Origin: the human T2T-CHM13v2.0 reference genome, Homo sapiens
Strand: one strand, 5' to 3'
NCBI RefSeq assembly: GCF_009914755.1
Contig: NC_060938.1
Length of the DNA: 64,000 bases
The position numbers were made by a program, and so were the translations under genes. Below are positions 14,169 through 29,248 of the stretch, in pieces. Numbering within the stretch: the first letter of the stretch is position 1; each line of letters opens with the position of its first letter. Under the pieces are notes generated by a model that saw only the letters and a program-made list of their open reading frames with translations, ran no database searches and was not told the DNA's origin.

Positions 14169-15229
14169 GTGGGTGCTAAAAAAAAAGAAAATCTGAAGAA
14201 ATACTGTTTAAGAGTTAGTGATTCCTTAATGACCAAGGATTTGGTATTCCATATTTCTTCTCTTGAATGCCAACCCTTTCTCCTGTCTTGATTTGGGAAT
14301 TCCCTTCCTTGGCATTTGTCCTTGTAGCAGGAAATGGAAGAACTTTTTTTCCTTGATGCCAGACTAGTTTCTGTGCATTTCCTTATATTCTTAATGTAGA
14401 ACTTTTTATGTTAGCTGAAGCAAGGGACTGGGAAGTTTCAAAATCCAGTAGGATTCCAGGTTTTTATTTCCGCTGAATAAATGCCAGTGAGGCAGACTGG
14501 TGACGTAAGGTTGGATTACACAATTGGACATTGCTCTCGGTGGTGACCTGCGCTTTCTACAGTCTTCCGGCAGGAAGCAGATCATTTACTGGCCTTACTT
14601 TCCTGGAAACTTTTCCGAGTAGCCTGGAATTATGGGAAATGATCCAGCTTCTTTGTGGAGGGTGGGTAATTCTGATGAGCAATACTTTTTACTGCCAGGG
14701 CACTACTTTTGGCAGCTTACTCAGAGCCCCTTTTTACCTTCCTCTGTCCATTTGAAAAAACTTTGCAAAAGTCAGCCTCAGGGTCATCCTCTGCCAGAAG
14801 TTAGCTCTTCTCTAACCTCTCCAGGCTGACTTAGCAGTCCTTCCTTTCACTTCCCATAGTACCTATTGTGAACATATGCCATTATATGTGAATTGTCTTT
14901 TTACATGTCTGTCTCCCCCACCGGACAGTGAGTTCCCAGACAGCAGGAAACCTGGCTTCTAGCTTGCTGGCCCATAGTAGGTTTGCAACAGATGAAGAGA
15001 CCCATGCTGAGAAGCCTAATGGGTCAGGCAGGTGCATGAGCAAATGAACCGGGTACCTGACATGGACACACTTCACTTACATATCACATAGGTAGGAATA
15101 TTCTTCATTTTCGTAGGAAATGCATTCTCCACCACTTTCTTAAGCTCTCCACATGGCCTTGTCCATTTATCTTTCATTTTCTCCTTTTAGAAGTGTGGGT
15201 ATGGAGAATCATTACTTTAAGATAACATC

Positions 15230-15570
15230 TGTGCTGGCCTAGAAAAACTAGCAGCTGACCCCTTGGCATCACTGCCTGGAAGAAACTAGGGGAGTGAGTT
15301 AGGGCAGGGGGACTGGGAACTGGAGGCCACATGCCCCCTCTAAAGGGACAACCACTACTTAGCCAAAGCTGGTTGGTGCTGTCGAGAATACAGGCCCAGT
15401 ATTGCCAGATATGATTCTTCAAGAGATGCTGGCAGTCTAAAATTTTATGTGAAAGCAACACATTTTTAGAGGTTAGCACCTGATTAAGAAAACCTAATCA
15501 CCATATGGACTGGATATTAAATCATCATATGGGCTGGATTTGGTCCAAGGATTGTCAGTTTGTAACTGCG
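15230..15570 (-). mobile_element. MER102-like hAT-Charlie relic
   Basis: Reverse-complement similarity to the 18355-18700 copy. Confidence 0.55.
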
Positions 15571-16239
15571 GCCATGGCACCTCCATTGTGATACTTATTA
15601 CATTGTATTCTAATTGTTTACATATCTGGTTCTCTCATAAGATATGAGCATCTGGAAGGCAGAGGTTGTGTCTTATCATCGTACCCTATTATCTGTCACA
15701 GTGCCTGGCAGAATAGGCCTGCAATTGTTATTGCGCAGGATGAGGTGGGGTCAAGTACATAGTGTGTGATGTACTTACACATTAGAAGCTATGTAGAAGT
15801 GTTATGGGGCCTGGGGCAGGGAGGTTGGGAGGCGAGGATAGTGGAGCATTGGAGGCACAGTTAGGAGAGGTGATATAAAGTAGGAATTTGGTGAAAGAAG
15901 ATATACCAGACCCAACCCTGGATCTCAGGGAGCTTGAACTGCAGTGGTGTATGTATTTAAAGAGAAAACGCGGAAGCAAATGACTGAGCTGATGGAAGCC
16001 AATTCTTGGCCTCTGGCACTTTACACTGTTCCACATGGGTCCAGGAGGATTAATTCCAACACCAGATCATTCATTCATTTACTCAACAACTATTTATTGA
16101 AGCACACAGTAAGTGCCAGGCACCATTTTGCAGGGTTGGCATATTTCAGTGAACAAAAGAGACAAGATCTCTTGCCATAATGGAAGTTACATTCTCGTGA
16201 TCACTGGCACCCAGGAAGAATAATTAAAAGTCTACTTAA

Positions 16240-16628
<389 letters not shown>

Positions 16629-17683
16629 TTAAAGTCTACTTAATTGTGAAGGAGGTTATAGCCACCTATGGTAGTTAGGTGAATGAGCCTGTGATGACCT
16701 CATTAGGCCTTGAAGCCTTATATGACCCCCATACCAAATCAGCTCCTAGGCTGGGGTCAGTGGGCCCTGCTTGCCTACCATCCACTTCCCTTGGCTCCCA
16801 TGTGAGAATCATTGCTGTGAGAATATAACTCCATAGTCACAGAGTGTGATGAATCCTTTCAGGGTTTCAGCCATTCAGTAATACCTACTTATTTCGAGGT
16901 TTACCTTTTTTTAACTCTGTGCATTACCATTTTTGTGGGAGAACATGATGAAAAGTCATTCTGCTCTTCACCCAACTGTTGCCTCTGAAAGCAAGATGCC
17001 AGTTAGGATTCCAGGATCCCTTTCTCCCTGGGCTAATTGAGGTTTAAACAGTGTGGGCAGCCTCCCACGGGGCCAGATGCTCACTGTGCTGTGTGGGACT
17101 TTTTGGCTGTTTCTTTCTAAAATTAGATCCCAAGACTTGTGTGTGTGCCCATTTACATTCCGATTCTATTACTTGATATATTTATTTTTGTCCTCTTGCT
17201 GACTGTATTCTAGGATGAAGATATCCATGCAAACGTAAATATGGTACCTGGGAGCTGTCAGACATGCTGGAGTTACTTTAGACTTAAGTGGAAATTAGTT
17301 CAAACACATGGTTATTTTAAAGCGAGGTAGTGGAGTTGGGAGCTCTGGTGAAGGAAGCAGAAAGAACACAGGGCTTCGCACCAGAGGACTGGGTGCTAAT
17401 TGCCTGGATTGTGATTAAGTCCACCAATCTCTCTAATTCTCCATTTCATTATCTGTCAAATAGTGATAGTAATACCACCAGGTTGATATGGGGGCAAGTG
17501 AGATACGCATTGAGACGCTTTTTAATAAACTGAAAAGCACTGTGCAAGCATTCATTCAATAAATTAGTGAATAAAGGCATATTGGGACAGCACTTTGCTG
17601 CTTTTATTAAAGGGCACCGAAGAAAGAGCATGCCAGCCAGAGTCTCTTAGAACTGATTTGGAAATCTGTTCACAGGCTACTAA

Positions 17684-18065
<382 letters not shown>

Positions 18066-18354
18066 TAAGAGTCTGTAAAAGCACAGGCCTAGGAGTCATA
18101 CCAGTCTGGGCTGAAATCCTGGCCCTGTCATACATTAGCTTCTGTGATACTGAGTTAATCTTGCTAAGCCTCATTTTCCTATTATTCCTGTTTTGGTGAA
18201 ACAGGGATAATAATATTCCATACTTCATAGGATAGCTGGAAAGACAAAGTGATATAACCCTTAACTTAGTCTGACACACACATGCTCAGTATGTTGCCAA
18301 CCATTATTATTTCTCTAGAACTTGGGCATTCTTTTTATTCCACCTTAACCTCTA

Positions 18355-18700
18355 CTGAGGTTGAAAACTGGTGGCCTTCAGGCTGAATTTGGCCTATAGT
18401 CATGTTTTATGTGATCCATACAGGGTTAAGAATTTTTAAATTTGGTTCGCATTTATAAATCAGGAAATGTAATATGGAAATTCAGATTTGGGGCTTCTCT
18501 TTAAAATCAGAAGCCCTGGCACAGTGAGAATGCTGGGTTGACATTCCCACATGGCGGCAATTGGCTGGTGCTGCAGCTGCTGATAGCTTACATGCATCCA
18601 TCCCTCTCCAGTTAACTGCTTAGTACTTTGATACACCTGGTCAGATTTACTCACATTTGATCTGCCTGGTTCCCATTTCCGTCTGAATTGAAAACTCCTG
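18355..18700 (+). mobile_element. MER102-like hAT-Charlie relic
   Basis: ggaaattcagatttggggcttctctttaaaatcagaag...cattcccacatggcggcaattggctgg. Confidence 0.65.
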
Positions 18701-18744
18701 TCTTTTAGGATAGATTAATTTTTCAAGTGGCCTCCTCTATCTAT

Positions 18745-19240
18745 CAGTATTGAATCTGGTTGCCTACAACAGAAACAACTTCAGTACTTGAATCAAACAG
18801 GAGCAATTTTTCTTTCACATAGCAAAGAGTCCAGTGGAGGGCAGAGCAGAGTGGGTGCAGTCACTGGAGCATGTCCTGCATTACTCTAGCTCCTTCCAGC
18901 TTCCTGCTCTGCTATCTGGAGCCTGTGACTTTTGTTCTCATGGTTGCAAGATGGCTGGTCATTCTCCTGGGATCAGATATGCATTCTAGGTGGGAAGAGA
19001 GGGAATTGTTGAAGAGTTCAAGGTGCATGCCAGTAAGAAGGGTGTACCCCTTCTTATCAGGAAAACAGTAGCCAGAGTCCTCACTAAGGAGAGCTCTAGT
19101 TTCATTTCATTGGTCAGAACTGGATCTTACAGCCACACTCTCAGTTTCAGGGGAGTTTTTAATGGGCACATTACCACACCATAGCATCGGGGTTTCTTGG
19201 TAAGGGAGGTGAGTAGAATGGCTCTTGAGTAGGCAGTTCA
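18745..19240. mobile_element. Old MaLR solo LTR (MLT1J/K-like)
   Basis: ttgcctacaacagaaac...ctcatggttgcaagatggctg...cattggtcagaactgg. Confidence 0.6.
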
Positions 19241-21439
19241 AAAATGACATGTCAATTTAAAACAAATAGAAATTATAGAAAGCCCTTTTTTTTTTTTGTA
19301 GCCCTGGGTATGAAGAGAAAATTATTTTAGCTTAAAAAAAATGTACATTCTTCTCCAGTTTTTATTTTGGAGTTGAGTGAAAAAAAATTGTATGCCCTAA
19401 GTTCCAGGATATCTGATTCAGTGGCCTCTTCTTGATCTTTTCCTTCTGATTGTCTCCATACCCACTTAGGACGTGGTGCCAGTAGGATGCCTGTGGTTTG
19501 GTCCAGGTAATTAAACTCTTCTTCCTGCTCTGAGAGAAGAGGAAAAGTCTCTTTATTTGCTTGGTCATTCGATACATTTCAAATCACTTAACTGTCTAAT
19601 TTTAAAATTTACCAGAAAGATGAACTCTTTGTGTGATTTTACTAGTTTGGAGTAGATTGGAGTTGTGTCTACTTTTTTAGGGTTGTTGTGAAGATCAAAT
19701 GAGGTAATGCATGTAAAGTACTTAGCACGGTATCCGGCACACAGAAACCCAAGGAGAAATGATAAGTACTAAGAAAGCTTATGACTACATTTTTTGGGTG
19801 GGGTGGGGTGCACCTGTTGCAAATCAGGCTTGGATCACTAGAAGCATGGTTCAGCTAGCAGTTCAGGTTGGAATTATAGGTATTGAGGATTTTGCTGGAA
19901 GATAGTTCTATGATGAGTGTCTACATGTCTGTGATGTATAGCTTTCTCTAGGGAGGATGGGTCTGAGAGTTAAACCAGATTTCTCTGCTTGAGCCTTGAC
20001 CTTCTATTGATTCAAATGATTGTGCCCTCACAGAACTCTTTTAAGGACAGACCCAGATGCTTTCTACCGAAAAGTTACCTTCTACTGAGTTTGGGCAAAA
20101 GTAATCTTTGGCAAAACCTCTCCAGGGCTAGCTCATCTTTTGGATGAGCATTTCTTGCTGGGATCTAGACCTGTTTTTGGCTTAGCTTTTATTTTGCAGA
20201 TTGTCCTTTTAATAATCATCATCATAGCTTACATTGCAACAGTTGCTAGCTATCTGTTCATTACATGCAGTGTCCTAGTTGAGCCTTATGGTAGCTCTTG
20301 AAGTAGGTACTCTTATCATCATGTTGTACATGTGAGGACATGGAGACTTTAAGAGTCTGGGTAACTTGTCAGAAGCATTCAGCTAATCTGTGACTCTAGT
20401 TGAGTCTTTCTGACTCAAGTGCCTAACCTCTCCTACCTGCTAGATGGGAAGAAGCACAGACCTCCCAGTAGAGAAGAGGATTTTGGAAAGGGCGGAGAGA
20501 CTTAGGGTCATTCCCTTGGGGTCCTTTTGGAATGGGAGTAAGTTCTCACTTGATCACCCTTATTCGTTCAGTGGTCTAGAGAAGTGTTGGAGTCACAGCT
20601 GTTCCCTTTCTCTCCCCCTATTCCCTTGGTGTTCCTCCGAGGACGCAGAACTGAAAGTTAGCCAGATTCCCTTGCAGGAATCTGAGAAATGCTGCTGGGC
20701 TCATGTTCCCAAATTAGGCCAATTTCCTCATCCCCCAGCAGCCTCACTCGGCCGGAGCTCCCTTGGCACTTTGCATTACGTCTCTCGCCCTCCGCCTGTC
20801 CCCTTACTGGTCTGCCAGCCAGGCAGTTATTTTCAGCCCAATAGGGTTATCTGCTGACCCTTTTTGGTGACATTTTTCTTCTTTCTCACAAAAATAACTC
20901 TCCTGATTGGTCACATTTTCCAGCGTTTTTCATAGCCGCTCTCCAATCGGCTGGGTTGAATGATGCTTCTGATAACGTTGCCAAAGAGGGATGCAGGGAA
21001 TTTGATATGGAGTTGTTCATAAGGAATGTGTTTTCCACACTTCATATTTATGTCATGCTTGGCATGCTTTGGTTTTGAACTCTCCCTTGGAGTGTGCAGA
21101 TGTGCATCGCTGACCCATCCCTGGGGCCGGCCGCTGTGTGGGAGGGAATGTCATCTCAGGGTAGAGCCTGCAATTGGAAATCAACATCTTGAGATTCTCC
21201 GCCAGCACTGGCTCTGGCTTTGTCAAATGCTCTTGAAGTGCCCCAGGAAAACATGCTTTCTTGCTGGCTTCTGTGAGACCCAGAGTGCAAGTTGGTGCTC
21301 AAAGAGCACTTTAAGATTCTCCTCCTCGCCTATGGGGAGGGTTAAGTGAGAAATATGTGTCAAGAGCTTAGCCCAGTGCACTGTGAGTCCTCTCTTGTGA
21401 TTTTCTATGTAATCTGAGAAGTAGAAAAGATGATCGTTT

Positions 21440-21625
21440 TGTCTTTAATCCCAGCTCTGCCAGTTGCTAGGTGTGTATCCCGGGTGTGTTACTTAACTAC
21501 TGTAAGCCAGTTTCCTCATCTGTTGAATGGAGATGATAGTAGTATCTATCTCATTGGGTTGTTGGAGGGTTAAATAAAATATATAAAGCTCTTAGAGCAG
21601 TGCCCAACACCTGCTAACTATTATT
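21440..21625 (+). mobile_element. MIR (representative; further MIR pieces near 2700, 8500, 10250, 10550, 11700, 12750, 18150, 19700, 20300, 33650, 34450, 48600, 49650)
   Basis: aatcccagctctgcca...agtttcctcatctg...cttagagcagtgcc. Confidence 0.8.
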
Positions 21626-22029
21626 GTCCTTATCTGTATCAAACGAGAATTAGAATGTATTATCAATTTATCCTAAATATCAGTTCTGTCCAAGATACAG
21701 AGATATTCATATTTCATAGACTAACAACTGGCCCTTATGGCAAAGAAACATTTGGGTGAGGAATCCTTTCAGTAAGAATTCTTTGTGCCACTTGAGACCC
21801 ATTTTATTTGTCTCTTGTAGTAGCATTTCTGCCTATGCCATTGGCCAGTTGTTTGCCAACACCTTTCTGTCAACAAAATGCAACTCTCTGTCTGAAGGTC
21901 GACAGTCTTTCCAAAGAATAATCCTTAATTGCTGACTTATATCATTTTGTTGTTCTGGGGGCAGATGAGTAGAAAATGAAGAGGGCAGGAGTGACCTTGG
22001 TGACCTCAGTTACCTTGGAAAAAAGGAAA

Positions 22030-23990
22030 TATTCATTCATTTATGAAACTTGATTGGGAGCTTTCTGTGTGCCAGGTATTGTGCTTTGAACTTGGAATAC
22101 AATAATTAACCAGACATGCTCCCTGCCTTCTAGAACTTTGATTTAGGGGCTTGCAGAGAAGTGTCAGGTAGAGGTGATTACAGAAGATATGAGAGTAAAC
22201 ACGTTGAGCCCATTTTATTCTCAGGGATATCCAAAAAGGTGGTCCAGGAAGAAATCAGGTTTGAGCTGAGAGACTTGAAGGATGAGTAGAAATTAGCCAA
22301 GAGAAGAGGGGGAAGAATATTCCAGGTAGAGGGAAGAGTGTGAGCCAAGTTCTGGAGACAAGAGAGAGAGCATGGCATGGTGGATTTGTTAATGGAGCAG
22401 TTGACCATACAGGTGATAGAGGGGTGGTCGTAAGTGACTTTGTATTTGAAACCAGCCCCTTTGGCCTTCCTTGATAAATGGACCAAGTGTTTGAAAACCA
22501 GCCCCTTTGCCTTTTCACAAATGACCTATATGAGGTCAGCATTTCTAATATGACACTGAAATAATTGGTAATGTTATGAGAACTAAACAGTGAGCTTTCA
22601 GTATTTTTAGCCTTGTCTTTTATTGCTGCATCTTCAGTGCAACCACTGTACCTTCCTCTGTGCATTTGTGTTTGCTGGTCAAGAAAAATCTCCGAGGTAT
22701 GCTCAAGGATTTCAGATTCTATTGCAATGTTGGAATTTGGTTTGACTCCTTTTTGGAGTAAATAGACCACTGGCTGTGTTCAGAAATCTTTTTTTGGTAT
22801 GTGAAACTTTTCATGGGAATGATACCTTTGTTGTAATGAGAAGTGACTTCTATTTAGGCAAAGTGACCAGAGCAGAGACTTGTCAGGATCTAGGCTGTGA
22901 ATAGAATTCTATTAGAAAATAAAAGTGTTTGTTTGGGGGTGGGGGTTGGGGGGAAATTAGAGAAATGATTTGAGCTACTATCATCCCACCTGGGCTTCAG
23001 TAGTTGCCTCATAACTGGTCCCTCCTCTTATATTCCCACTGTCCTGCAGTTTAGCTAGAGTGGTCTTGTAAAAATGTGTATCAGTCATTTCACGGTCAAA
23101 CCCTTTAATGGATACTCGTTGCACTTAAGATAAAAAAACAAAACAAAACAAAACAAAACCCAAATCCTTAACTTAGTCCTGTGTCATCTGGGTCTTCTCT
23201 GCATGGCCAGCCTCATTTCACACCTGTCAGCTATTGTAGTTGATTTAAGTGCGGTCCCTTTATTATATGCACTCGTTTCTTTTTTCACATTTTCCTTATC
23301 ACTTCAATCACAGTTTGTAATCATATGTTTGTGTCCTTATTTAGTTTCATCTCTCTGACCAATTGCAAGCTGCAGAAATGGCTCTTCTCCTCCCTGGAGA
23401 CTGGCACTTTGTAGGTCCTCAGTAAGTGTTGGTTAAATGAATCCTCAGGTGTGAGGAGTGGGGGATGATGTATTCAACCTGCAGGAAATGCCCAAGAGGC
23501 TTTGATGCATGGGACTTGTGTATACCAGGCTGTGGGCTGGAGCTGGAGATTTGGAAGTTCTTAGCATTGAGGTGCTAAATGGAAGCCCAACACTCTAAGA
23601 GAGGGTTTTAGAGTAAGAGGAGAGGGCTTCTGACGGAAGTGGACGAACAGACAGAAGCTGAGGACCACTTGTGTTTAGGAAACACATAGCCAAAAAATAG
23701 CTTGCCAAAAGAAATTGAGGAGTGGTGGCCAGAGAGGAGAGGAGAAACCAAGCACCTATGGTGTCCAGAAGCCAAGATAAGTGAGAGTGTCATGATGGAC
23801 TGAGGGGTCAGCAGTGTTTGATGCTGCCAAGAGGGTCCAGGAAGGGAAGGCCTGAGCAGGTCCTATTGGATTTAGCAGCAGGGGTCCCTGCAATTTCAGG
23901 GAGCAGTCAGAGAGGGGGCCATGTGTGCCTGGCACAGTACACACTGAGTGAGGTCTCAGTAAATCCTTGTTGAAAGAATTCAGTGACTAG
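22030..23990. mobile_element. L2 fragments in both orientations
   Basis: attcattcatt...gtgccaggtattgtgct; gaagccaag...tgctgccaagaggg...ggatttagc; tgcctggcacagta. Confidence 0.6.
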
Positions 23991-24007
23991 GCTATGACAT
24001 GTACTCT

Positions 24008-24214
24008 GGGGCTCAAGCAATCCTCCCCCTCGGCCTGCCGAGTAACTGGAACTATAGGCATGCACCACCACGCCAAGCTAATTTATTTTTATTTTTTGTA
24101 GAGACAAGGTCATGCTGTGTTGCTCGGGATGACCTTGAACTCCTGGCTTCAGGCAGTCCTCCCACCTTGGCCTCCCAAAGCTCTAGGATTATAGGCGTGA
24201 GCCACTATGCCTAG
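24008..24214 (-). mobile_element. Partial AluJ
   Basis: Left arm plus part of right arm. Confidence 0.85.
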
Positions 24215-24404
24215 TTCCAACATCTCTTTATTTTTTTCTCTCTCTTATTGAGCTTCCTCTGTTTTATCTCTACTATTTCTCTTTTTCCTGCATCTCTTTT
24301 TGTCCTCTTAACCAGTGATAACAAAGAACTCCAACCCCCATACTCCATTTTGCTTTGCCCATTCATTCATTTATATATATATAATATTCATTTATATATA
24401 AATT

Positions 24405-24410
<6 letters not shown>

Positions 24411-24458
<48 letters not shown>
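24411..24458. repeat. Pure (AT)24 microsatellite followed by poly-T
   Basis: Directly visible. Confidence 0.97.
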
Positions 24459-24635
<177 letters not shown>

Positions 24636-25435
24636 TAGAATTTTATTCATTCATTTACTTATTTATCCTACATTTAATATACACTTTCTGATACAAAATG
24701 AACAAGAAAACTTCATATTCTAAGTGGGGAACCACACACCTATACCAAAAATTATAATTCTGAAGTACTATCTGAGTTCAGGAACCCAGAAGGATCACCT
24801 CACCCTGCCTAGGAGTTAGGGAAGGCTTTCTAAAAGAGGCAGCTCTTGAAGTGGGTTGACATGAATGAGTAGGAATTTGCTAATGAGCAAGGAGGGCAAA
24901 AAGCCATTTCTGGCGGCCTGCAAAGCCTGTTCTAAGGCATGCCATTGCACAGGGGCTGGGGGTTTTTAGGGCACGGTAAAACCATTTAATGTATTGGGAA
25001 CATAGGCCTGGCATTCCAAGTGGAGAAATAAGAGTTTGTTTTCTATGTTGTAGGGAGCCCACAAAGATTTTAAAGCAAAGAATGACGTTACCAACTTTGT
25101 TTTCTAGAAAGATGAATCTGGCAGCTACACTGGAGGATAGAGTGGGAGAGCTTGTTGGCAGGGAGATCGCTGGGAGGCGGTTGGAGCAGTCCTTCTGAGA
25201 GGTGATGAAGGCATCAACCAAGGCAGCATTCCCAAACTTCAGGCGTTTCCCCATCATTTTAACAGTTTTACATTTTTACAGTTACAATACATACCACTCA
25301 CATTATTAACTTTTCTCTTTAAATCAACTTTCCTTTTATACTTAAATGCATTTATTTTTAAAAAATGTTTTCAATGAAATGATCATTTGTGATATTTATA
25401 TTTTTCTTAGTATACATAACATACATAACTGGCTT

Positions 25436-25745
25436 CTTTTTTTTTTTTTTTTTTTTGAGATATAGTCTTGCTCTGTTGCCCAAGCTGGAGTGCAGTGGCA
25501 CAATCTCGGCTCACCACAAGCTCCGCCTTCTGGATTCACGCCATTCTCCTGCCTCAGCCTCCCGAGTAGCTAGGACTACAGGCACCTGCCACCACGCCAG
25601 GCTAATTTTTTTTTTTTTTGTATTTTTAGTAGAGACGGGGTTTCACCGTGTTCGCCAGGATTGTCTCGATCTCCTGACCTCATGATCCTCCCGCCTCGGC
25701 CTCCCAAAGTGCTGGGATTACAGGCATGAGCCACTGCGTGTGGCC
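25436..25745 (-). mobile_element. AluY
   Basis: Y-type diagnostics (caagctccgcc, cacgccattctcc, accgtgtt); TSD cataactggct on both sides. Confidence 0.93.
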
Positions 25746-26825
25746 ATAACTGGCTATTTTTAAAAAGGTTCATCTATTTACCTTTACCAGGCATCTCACC
25801 AGTGGCATATGTGCCTTACTTTGGGAAACAATAAACAAAAACCTGGCGGAGGGGTCTAAAGAGGAGAGGTCAGTGACAAGAGACCTGTTTGAGGGCAGGC
25901 AGATAGGATGTGGTAACAGATTGGCTGTTGGAAGTGGGAGAGAAGGAGAGTCTGGAGTTGAGCCCGCTTGTAGCTGAAAAGACTGAATGGATAATGACAT
26001 TTTTGAGACTGAGAATTTAAGAGTCTTAGCAGTTGGTGAACAAGAAAGGATAATTATTTCAATTTGGGACATGCTGAATTTGAGTTGCCTTCAGGATTTT
26101 CAAAGAGGTCTGCCAAGTTGAAAATGTGGTATGGAGCTTAAGAGAGAAAGTTGGAAACTAGTGATAACAGATATGGGGGTCATCAGCATATATTCTAGGG
26201 TCTCTATGAAGAACCTATAGCATGAACTCCCGATTCCTTTTTTGACACATAGACCCTTCATGATCTCCAAGTGCAAACACATTTTCAGTAGAGAAGCAGT
26301 ATGATTGGATTTGCATCTTAGAAAGAACACTTTGGCAACAACTGGACGGGGATGGATCCAGGTTTTATGAGTCCTGAAGCTTATGCAATTTGGCGGCCTT
26401 CTTTAAGAAAAACAATTCAAAATTATAGATTCAAAATCAGGTATAAAAGCAAATACTTATAATTGGAAAAAAAGTCATAGCTGAGTTACTGGAGTCTTTG
26501 ATGTTCAGATGCCTTTCTTCAGAGACCTTGTTAGGCAATTTACCAGAAATACTTACATAGAAATGACTCCTGATTGGAACCTAGCTTCCCCTCGCTATCT
26601 AGAATTCTCTGTAACTTCCAGGGGCCCATGCAGGCATGCGATATAGATTTGAGGTAGGTGAGACTGGAAGCAGGGAGACCAGGTAGGACCCTGCTGAGGG
26701 AAGGCAGAGCATGAATTTGTTAGGCCTTAATTCGCATGGTTGTGCAAGTTTCTCCAACACCCCTGAGCAGGCTGGATCTTGACACAGTGGAAGCAGGTAG
26801 TTGGCTTGATCCAGGCTTTAGGGGG

Positions 26826-27516
<691 letters not shown>

Positions 27517-28491
27517 AGGGGAAGTGTGGTAAAAAGGTAAGGGGGGGGTGGCATGATGTCATCGACCTTGGGAATGAGCTAGGTTGATAGGGAAAGAAGT
27601 GACACCAAGAAGGAAGTTGTTAGATGAGGAGGGAAGGAGGGGACTGGATATTTCAGAGATGGAGCAGTTCCAGTTATGACTGGAGTTTCAAAAAGTAGCA
27701 ACAAGGCCATTGGCATTTAAAGGGTCTGGGAACCACAAGGCTAAACATTAGAACTGTTCATGTGAACACTAACTTGGCTTAGAATAATGAGAATAGTTGT
27801 GGAGAGGGAGCCAAATGCCCAAATTTTTGGTCAGTGTGTGCTCAGGGCATTGTTAGTGACAGGAATGAAGGAGAGAGGTGGTATAGCTGAATGGTACAAG
27901 TTTTGAAAGAAGTGTTTTCATAATAATTTGGAAGAATAATGGTCTAGAGGAACTTTGGGGAGTGAAACAGGAGTATTGTCTTGGGACTTGGGTTTGCAGG
28001 GTTTTAAAAAATGAGCAGACTCTACTTGAAAGAGCTGCGAGAGCAACGAAGTCCGTGGGGGAAGCCAGGATTTAGGAGAGGCAAGGAGATGTAGAGAGTG
28101 TGCTGTGAATATAGAATATCTAATCTGCTTAGAAACCGTAAGGTTGTGATCAGAAAGCTTCATTGAAATCATTAGCTAGGCTAGATTTCTTTTTATTATG
28201 TGACATGTCAATAATTACTGAAAAGGAGCAGAATGATAGTAAAATATTCTTTAAATAATGATACTTTACAGGAAAAGGGTACTGACTAATGTCGAATGTC
28301 ATTGGTGATAGACTGAAACATTTCTGGTCACGTGCTTTTACCCAGTATAATAGAGAGTTATGTCACTGTGTTTAGCCGATTGCTTTTAAGTTCCATTTTA
28401 ATTCCTCCATTGGCTTTTAGGTATTGTTTTTTATACTTTTTTTTTTAGTGATTACTCTAGGATTTAAAATATGCATCCTTATCACTGGTTA

Positions 28492-28815
<324 letters not shown>

Positions 28816-28947
28816 TTATGCCACTTCATATAAAATGTGAGACCCTTGCAGCCATTAAGTCCATTTGTCCCCCCAGTCCTTTGTGGTATTAATAGCATAT
28901 ATTTTAAAACTATTTATATTAAGAACTTTGCAATACAGTTTGTCGGG

Positions 28948-29248
28948 TTTTTGTTTTGTTTTGTTTTTGAGACAGAGTCTCACTCTGTTGCCCAGGCTGG
29001 AGTGCAGTGGCATGATCTTGGCTCACTGCAACCTCTGCCTCCCAGTTCAAGCAATTCTCCTGCCTCAGCCTCCCAAGTAGCAGGGATTAGAGGCGCCCAC
29101 CACCCACCTGGCTAATTTTTGCATTTTTAGTAGAGACAGGATTTCACCATGTTGGCCAGGCTGGTCTCAAACTCCTGACCTCAAGTGATCCACCTGCCTC
29201 GGCCTCCCAAAGTGCTGGGATTACAGGCGTGAACCACCACCCCCAGCC
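28948..29248 (-). mobile_element. AluS
   Basis: Full Alu; TSD cagtttgtc. Confidence 0.95.

Noticed and set aside
21051-21070. p53/p63-like element tgtCATGcttggCATGcttt
   Set aside because: The CATG cores are 5 nt apart rather than the canonical 6.
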